A stretch of DNA of 64,000 nucleotides from Candidatus Latescibacterota bacterium. Lineage in GTDB: Bacteria > Latescibacterota > UBA2968 > UBA8231. Under the pieces are notes generated by a model. It was given only the letters and a program-made list of their open reading frames with translations, did not search any database and was not told where the DNA came from. Where the stretch lies: NCBI GenBank assembly GCA_965243025.1, contig CBDETY010000003.1, forward strand, positions 448,001 through 512,000, written 5' to 3'. Position 1 is the first letter of the stretch; the number at the start of each line of letters is the position of its first letter. Below are positions 58,114 to 64,000 of this stretch, piece after piece. A program made the position numbers and the translations under genes.

Positions 58114-59613
58114 CTACCGGCGCATCCCTATGCGCTGGTTGCCGAGCTCCTGGACGTTCTCGAGGACGGCGGGGTTGTGGACCCGCTCTATCAGCCCGCG
58201 GCGGGCCTGGCTGCGGCGGACCTGCCGGTCGAGGGCGGCCGGGTCCCAGCGCGACAGCAGGTTCTCCTGCAGGTCCGCGGCCACCCCGGCGAAGGCGGGG
58301 TCGCCGGCGAGGTCGGTGAACTCGCCGGGGTCGGCCTCGATGTCGTAGAGTTCCGGGGGATCCCCGAGGCTGTAGTTGAGCTTGTAGCGCCCGCGGCGCA
58401 GCATCGCCATCGGGCCGGCGACGCCGTGGGCGAGGTACTCGCTGAAGGCCTCGTCCTTCCAGGGCCCGTCCCCCCTCGTCAGCGGCAGCAGGCTGTCCCC
58501 GTCGAGGTCGGCTTCGGCGGCGGCCCCGGCCGCGTCCGCCATGGTAGCGGCGACGTCGACCAGAGAGACAACTTCGCGCACGCGCCCGCCGGCAGCGATC
58601 TCCCCGGGCCAGCGGATCTGCAGCGGCACCCGGGAAGATGCCTCGTAGAAGTTGGACTTCCGCCACATGCCGTGCTCCCCGTTCATCTCGCCGTGGTCGC
58701 TGAGGTGGATGACGAGGGTATCCTCGCTCTGCCCGGTCTCGTCGAGGGCCCGCAGCAGGTTGCCGATCTTCTCGTCGAGGTAGCTGACCAGTCCGTAGTA
58801 CCCGGCCCGGGCCCGGCGCACCAGCTCCTCGGGGAAGTCGACGCAGCCGAAGTGACTGCGCATGCGCCGGTACACCGGGTGCTGGTTTTCGAGATGTCCC
58901 GGCGGAATCACCGGCAGGTCGATTTCGTCGAGGGGGTACATGTCCCAGAACCGCTGCGGCACGACGAAGGGGAAGTGCGGGGCGATGAAGGAGGCGGTCA
59001 GAATCCAGGGCTGCCGCCTGCGCTCCGGGTCGCGCAGGTATTGCAGGGCGCGCTCCTCGACGAGGTCGTCGACTTCGATCTCCTCGGTCCTGCCGGGGCC
59101 GGCGTCCTCGAGGGCGGGCCAGGGTCTGGCTGCCGGCGGCGTTCCCCGCGACCAGTCGGGCACTCCGCGCGGGGCCCCGTCCACCGTCCACCCCTCGGCG
59201 TGCAGGTCCCGCGCCAGCTGGGCGCGGAAGCCGTGCAGCTGGTCGAGCCCGCAGAAGTGCTGCTTGCCGCACAGGACCGCGTCGTACCCGGCCGCCCGCA
59301 GCAGGTGGGCCCAGGTCACCTCTTCGGGCGCCAGGGGGGAGGCGTTGTCCCAGGCGCCGATCCGGTGCGCGAAGCGGCCGGTCATGAACGACATGCGCGA
59401 GGGCAGGCAGAGCGGCGAATTGCAGTAGGCGTTGTCGAAGGTGACCCCCTCGGCGGCGAGCCGGTCCATCGCCGGGGTGCGCACCAGCGGGTGTCCGTAG
59501 GTCGAGCTGTAGAACGGGGCGTGCTCGTCGGACATGATCAGCAGGATGTTGGGAAGGCTGGAGCTCAAGGTTCTTCTCGATTCGGGGAGAGGGTGGCGGT
59601 TGGGGAGCGACAA
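58114..59613 (-). CDS. Cys-type (formylglycine) sulfatase, choline-sulfatase-like
   Basis: PNILLIMSDEH, CLPSRMSFMTG (CxPxR), GKQHF, SDHGEM; start codon uncertain. Confidence 0.88.
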   Translation of the reverse strand: MSLPNRHPLPESRRTLSSSLPNILLIMSDEHAPFYSSTYGHPLVRTPAMDRLAAEGVTFDNAYCNSPLCLPSRMSFMTGRFAHRIGAWDNASPLAPEEVTWAHLLRAAGYDAVLCGKQHFCGLDQLHGFRAQLARDLHAEGWTVDGAPRGVPDWSRGTPPAARPWPALEDAGPGRTEEIEVDDLVEERALQYLRDPERRRQPWILTASFIAPHFPFVVPQRFWDMYPLDEIDLPVIPPGHLENQHPVYRRMRSHFGCVDFPEELVRRARAGYYGLVSYLDEKIGNLLRALDETGQSEDTLVIHLSDHGEMNGEHGMWRKSNFYEASSRVPLQIRWPGEIAAGGRVREVVSLVDVAATMADAAGAAAEADLDGDSLLPLTRGDGPWKDEAFSEYLAHGVAGPMAMLRRGRYKLNYSLGDPPELYDIEADPGEFTDLAGDPAFAGVAADLQENLLSRWDPAALDRQVRRSQARRGLIERVHNPAVLENVQELGNQRIGMRR

Positions 59614-59770
59614 TTAACCCCGGCTTCGGGTATCGTCAAAATGCCGGTGAGGGCGCAGGTCCGGGGCTGTCCGAATCTCTTCAGAATCCCCGGCGGCAGG
59701 GGCAGCGTCGAAGGCGGAGGCGGCGCGACTCCGGGGCTGTCGGGGTCTCCGCGGTATTCCCCGGCGAGGT

Positions 59771-61318
59771 TCACTGCACTTCCCAGATGTTCTTCATCCG
59801 CCAGGCGTCGAGGGAAAGCAGAACGGCATCGCTGCCCTGGGCGCGCATGGCGGCCCCGAGGCTGTCGCCGCGCCCCGGGTGTACGCGCACGGTCATGTAG
59901 CGCCGGTTGTTGGCGAAGACCTCGAGGATGCTCGTGTCGATGAAAATCCGCAGCTCCAGGATCTCGCCGTCCTCGAGCTTGAACAGGGAAGTCTCCGGGG
60001 GGCGGGCGAGGACCTCCGGCAGCACCGAGGTGCGGCAGGTGTCGATCACGAGGGCGTCGTGCCAGGTTTCCGGCCCCTTGGTCTTCACCGGGCCGCCGTT
60101 GCGGAGAAAGCGGATGCTCGTGGTCTCTTCTCCATCCGGAGAGCGCAGCACCTCGATGCAGACTTCCCGGGCATCCTTCGGGTCGATCCGGGCAATCAGC
60201 TCCATGGCGTTGCCCCGCACCCCTTCGAGAGCCACGTCGCGATTCGCCGGCAGCGCCGTTTCACCGATCCGCATGCGCTCGGTGCGCAGGGTTTCGAGCG
60301 CAGCCACCGGCTCGTTGGTGACGGTGTTGCCCGGCCCCAGGCGCAGCCGGGTCGGCAGGGACATCATGCCGTTCCAGCCCCGGGTGTCCAGCCCGAAGCT
60401 GAGCATGTGCATCAGGTAGACGCCGCCGTCGCCGTCCGGGGCGGCCGTGGGGGCGTTGGTGCCGCCGTTGTTTATCGGGCCGAAGCAGAAGCGGTCGTGG
60501 GCGAACGGCCTGAACCTGCCCTCCTCTTCGTCCCAGTCGCCGAGGAGGTACTGCGACCCCCGCTGGTGGCTGCCGAAGACGAGGATGTGCTTGTCGCCAA
60601 GGGGCCAGAAGTAGGGCACCGCGCAATCCTCCCCGGCGGTGGTGAAGACGTCCCCTTCCAGGAAGGGGCCCCGGTAGGACCAGTGGCGCAGGTCTTCTGA
60701 AAAGAACAGGTGGGCGGCCGGCTTCGAGTCGACCAGACGGGTGCCCTGCTGCGATCCCGACAGGGAGTAATACCCCTTCTCCCCCTTCCACAGACAGGGG
60801 TCGCCGATGCGGTAGGGGTCCCCGGGCGGGGCCGACTCGTCCTCCGGGATGACGGGGTTTCCGGGGATCTTCTCCCAGTTGAGGAGCAGGGGATCCGACG
60901 CCTGGGCGATCATCGTGCCGGCGCTGGTGCCGTGGTAGCAGGCGAGGACGCGGTCGGCCTCGGTGAGGGCGCTGCCGCTGTAGCATTTCTCCTCGATGCC
61001 GGGATAGATGGCGATCGGCAGGTCCCGCCAGTACACGAGGTCTTCGCTGACGGCGTGGCCCCAGTGCTGGCGCCTGTCTTCCGGGGGGTACTGCTGGTAG
61101 AAGAGATGGAACCGTCCCTGCCAGACGCAGAAGCCGTTGGGATCGTTCGATGGGCCTTCCGGGTTGACGTAGTGGTAGACGGGGCGGTAGCGGTCGGAGG
61201 AAAGGTGCCGCCGCGATTCGGCGAAGCGGAGCGCCAGCTCGTCGGTCTCCAGCTCCCGGAGCTGTTCCTCCAGCCGGGTGGAGTAGGTTCGCTGCGGAAC
61301 CCTGGAAGGGTATTTCAT
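59771..61318 (-). CDS. Glycoside hydrolase family 32 protein
   Basis: RPVYH, NDPNG, HLFYQ, HWGHAVSEDL, YSGSA and C-terminal LRIFIDTSILEVFAN; RDP and EC motifs are atypical. Confidence 0.85.
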   Translation of the reverse strand: MKYPSRVPQRTYSTRLEEQLRELETDELALRFAESRRHLSSDRYRPVYHYVNPEGPSNDPNGFCVWQGRFHLFYQQYPPEDRRQHWGHAVSEDLVYWRDLPIAIYPGIEEKCYSGSALTEADRVLACYHGTSAGTMIAQASDPLLLNWEKIPGNPVIPEDESAPPGDPYRIGDPCLWKGEKGYYSLSGSQQGTRLVDSKPAAHLFFSEDLRHWSYRGPFLEGDVFTTAGEDCAVPYFWPLGDKHILVFGSHQRGSQYLLGDWDEEEGRFRPFAHDRFCFGPINNGGTNAPTAAPDGDGGVYLMHMLSFGLDTRGWNGMMSLPTRLRLGPGNTVTNEPVAALETLRTERMRIGETALPANRDVALEGVRGNAMELIARIDPKDAREVCIEVLRSPDGEETTSIRFLRNGGPVKTKGPETWHDALVIDTCRTSVLPEVLARPPETSLFKLEDGEILELRIFIDTSILEVFANNRRYMTVRVHPGRGDSLGAAMRAQGSDAVLLSLDAWRMKNIWEVQ

Positions 61319-61491
61319 CCTGCATGTCTCCCTGTTGCCGGCGGGGCAAGGGTCTGAAAGAAACGGGAACCCGGGCGGGGGGTCGAGAAAACGGAACGGT
61401 TGCCCGCCGTCAGTTGACCCCGCCGAAGCCGCGGCCCTGATTCTCCCGCCTTCGCTTCGGCACCGAAATACCGCATCCACAGGAGCATCGA

Positions 61492-62559
61492 ATGGCAACC
61501 AGGATCCAAGCTGAAGACCTCGAGAAGTTCTGCGTCGCCGCCATGACCCGGGCCGGCATCAGCCGGGAGGACGCCGAGCTTTCCGCCCACGTGTTCGTCA
61601 AGACCGACACCTGGGGCACCTTCACCCACGGCACGCGGCAGCTCCGCGGCCTGATGACCAACGCGCGCAGCGGCCGCCTCGACGGCGGCGCCAGGGAGGA
61701 GGTCCTCGCCGAGGGGCCCTCCTGGGCCATCGTCGACGCCAGGGACGGCATGCCGCCGGCGATTTCCTTCCGCGCCGTCCAGCTCGCCCTCGCCAAGGCC
61801 GGGGAAACGGGCATGGCCTACGTCGGGATCCGCGGCAGCAGCCATTACGGGGCCGCCGGATTCTACGCCAACATGATCGCCGAGAACGGCATGTTCGGCA
61901 TGTCGATGTGCAACGTCGAGCCCTGCATGACGGTGCCGGGGGGCAAGAGCCGCATCCTCGGGACCAACCCGATCGCCTGGGCGGCCCCGACCGGCGGCGA
62001 GCGCACCGTGATGCTCGACATCGCCACCAGCGCCGTCGCGGCGACCAAGATCTTCGCCGCCAGGAACGAGGGGCGCCCGATTCCCGACACCTGGCTCGTC
62101 GACGAGGAGGGGGTGCCGACGACCGACCCGTCGATCTTTCCGGAAAAGGGGGCGCAGCTGCCGATGGCCGGGCACAAGGGGTACGGCCTGGCGGTGTTCG
62201 TCGAGATCCTCACCGCGGTGCTGACCGGGTCGGCGGTGATGAGCGGCGTCCACAGCTGGGTGTCGTACGACGACCCGGAGCCGTCGAACCAGGGGCACGC
62301 CTTCCTCGCCATCGACGTCGGGGCCATCATGCCGGCCGCCGAGTTCCACCGGCGCATGGCGGCGATGGCGGAGGAGATCAAGAGCGCCGACCTCGCCGAG
62401 GGGGCGGAGATCTTCCTGCCCGGCGAGATGGAGTGGGAAAGCCGGGAGAAGGCGCTCGCCGAAGGGATCGAGATGCCGGAGGACGTGCTGATCAGCCTGC
62501 GTGGCTTGGCCGAAGACAGCGGCCTCGATCCCGCTGACTTCAACGTCGATCTGGGGTAG
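61492..62559 (+). CDS. Ldh_2 family oxidoreductase
   Basis: GTFTHG, SHYGAAG, LGTNPIA, LDIATS, GHKGYGL. Confidence 0.9.
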   Translation: MATRIQAEDLEKFCVAAMTRAGISREDAELSAHVFVKTDTWGTFTHGTRQLRGLMTNARSGRLDGGAREEVLAEGPSWAIVDARDGMPPAISFRAVQLALAKAGETGMAYVGIRGSSHYGAAGFYANMIAENGMFGMSMCNVEPCMTVPGGKSRILGTNPIAWAAPTGGERTVMLDIATSAVAATKIFAARNEGRPIPDTWLVDEEGVPTTDPSIFPEKGAQLPMAGHKGYGLAVFVEILTAVLTGSAVMSGVHSWVSYDDPEPSNQGHAFLAIDVGAIMPAAEFHRRMAAMAEEIKSADLAEGAEIFLPGEMEWESREKALAEGIEMPEDVLISLRGLAEDSGLDPADFNVDLG

Positions 62560-62569
62560 GAGCCCCCGG

Positions 62570-63397
62570 ATGGACCTCTACTACAGCACCTACGGGATGA
62601 AGGACCTCGACGTGCTCGAGGCGCTGCCCCGCCTGCGCGACATGGGGTACCGGGGGATGGAGATCGCCGTGCAGCCCGGGTGGCCGACCGAGCCGGCCCG
62701 CATGGACGCCGGGGCGCGCCGGCGACTGGCCGCGGCGTTCCGGAGCCTGGGTTTTCCCACGCCCGTCATCATGGCGCTGCTCAAGCCGTGCGCCGAGGGG
62801 GAGGGGCGCCCCGCCGCCCTGGCGCAGTTCGAGGCTTCGTTCGCGCTGGCAAGGGACTTGAGAATCGACGACGCGCCCCTGGTTGTGTCGTCGACCCTGG
62901 GGCACCAGCGGCCCTGGGAGAGCGGCAGGGAGGCGATCGTCGAAATGGTGGTCGAGGTGGCCGACATGGCGGCCCGGTACGGGGCCGTCCTCGCCATCGA
63001 GCCGCACGCCGGAGGGGACTTCGAGACCCCGGAGAAGGCGGTATGGCTGATAGAGCGCGCCGCTCACGAGCACCTGCGGCTCAACTTCGATTTCAGCCAT
63101 TTCCTGGTCGAGGGGTTCGACCTGAAGCACAGCGCCGGACTAAACGCGCCGCTGGCGGCGCACAACCACATCAAGGACGGGTACAGGGACGCCGAAGGCC
63201 GCGTGGTCTACCTGCTGCCGGGGGACGGGGGCCTCGATCTGGTGGAGTACGTCAGGGTGGTCAAGGCCGCGGGCTGGGACCGCTACATCTGTCCCGAGGT
63301 CACCGGCCAGATCTGGTCGAAGGAGGGGTACGATCCCTGGGCGGCGGCGCAGTTCTGTTTCGACGCCCTCGACCCCGCGGTCCGCGCCGCGGATTGA
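62570..63397 (+). CDS. Sugar phosphate isomerase/epimerase (AP endonuclease 2 TIM barrel)
   Basis: GYRGMEI, LAIEPH, LNFDFSHF, HNHIKD, LPGDG; AGGAG RBS before ATG 62570. Confidence 0.87.
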   Translation: MDLYYSTYGMKDLDVLEALPRLRDMGYRGMEIAVQPGWPTEPARMDAGARRRLAAAFRSLGFPTPVIMALLKPCAEGEGRPAALAQFEASFALARDLRIDDAPLVVSSTLGHQRPWESGREAIVEMVVEVADMAARYGAVLAIEPHAGGDFETPEKAVWLIERAAHEHLRLNFDFSHFLVEGFDLKHSAGLNAPLAAHNHIKDGYRDAEGRVVYLLPGDGGLDLVEYVRVVKAAGWDRYICPEVTGQIWSKEGYDPWAAAQFCFDALDPAVRAAD

Positions 63398-63554
63398 GGG
63401 CCGCTGCGGGCATCGGGACTCAGGGGCCCGCCCGACCTCGACTTGTCCTCGCGCCGGGCTTGAGCGCCGGCCCCGGTTATCGGGCCGGACCTCCGCGGCC
63501 GGGATCGGGGCCCCCCTGTATCCGGACAAGCCTTCCGGCCTGGGCCGCCCGGGT

Positions 63555-64000
63555 TCAGCCCCCCTCCAGGGATTCCACGTCGCTGCCCTTCTCCGCGGCC
63601 TGCCCGGCGAACATCGCCAGGGCCCGCTCGAGCAGCGCCTCCGCTTCTTCTTCCGAGTCCCCCCAGGCGACGATGTCGACCGGAAGCCGCTGGCCCTCCG
63701 CGGTGCGCTCGCCGAGGGCGACGAACGCCTTGAGGTAGGTGTTGGGCAGCTCGTCCATGACGCTCTGCAGGATCGGGCCGCACTGCGACTCCGGCAGGTT
63801 GACGGCGACGCGCCGGGAAACGCGGGCGCGGCTGTAGAGCTCGGCGATCACCGGCTCGACGCTCTGCCGGAAGAGGGCCTCCACCTCGCGCGGGGGTCCG
63901 GGCAGAGCGAACAGGGTGGTTCCGCCGACGCGGGCTTCGACGCAGGGAGCCACTCCCGCCGGGTTGGGATGCGCGATGGCCCCCTCGGGGATGGTCGCCA
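63555..64000 (-). CDS. CinA-like/molybdopterin-binding domain protein, 3' part only (runs off the window)
   Basis: MATIPEGAIAHPNPAGVAP and FALPGPPREV are typical of the CinA/MoCF biosynthesis domain. Confidence 0.7.
   Translation of the reverse strand, partial: ATIPEGAIAHPNPAGVAPCVEARVGGTTLFALPGPPREVEALFRQSVEPVIAELYSRARVSRRVAVNLPESQCGPILQSVMDELPNTYLKAFVALGERTAEGQRLPVDIVAWGDSEEEAEALLERALAMFAGQAAEKGSDVESLEGG

Overview
GC-rich bacterial window. The gene content suggests, by inference only, an FCB-related lineage such as Latescibacterota. No rRNA, tRNA, CRISPR, transposase or integrase was recognised. Three catabolic blocks (about 0.2-8.6, 37.4-46.2 and 58.1-64 kb) hold a gluconolactonase, RhaM, four PhyH-type dioxygenases, three Ldh_2 oxidoreductases, MsrP, an enolase, MATE, a sulfatase and a GH32. 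A six-gene translationally coupled surface/outer-membrane operon lies at 22.9-36.3 kb. The main finding is a multi-copy secreted module present in two loci (8.8-22.8 and 46.2-58.0 kb): a small Cys-rich peptide, then one to four variable CBM9/DOMON-like proteins ending in a SAVESVSWGRIKASL tail, then a stand-alone TolB-like propeller. All three families have His as the predicted first mature residue. Locus 1 carries a duplicated soluble PAS kinase, a NarL-type regulator and four arrays of a 16-bp perfect palindrome (TCACCYGATCRGGTGA), each at a fixed distance from a -10-like element. Locus 2 carries a cytoplasmic beta-propeller/Y_Y_Y sigma-54 activator and two matching sigma-54 promoters, each with three GTATTWAATAC boxes at identical spacing. 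The CBM9-like genes show mosaic constant/variable blocks, and locus 1 has many remnants. Family assignments come from motif recognition only; no searches were run.
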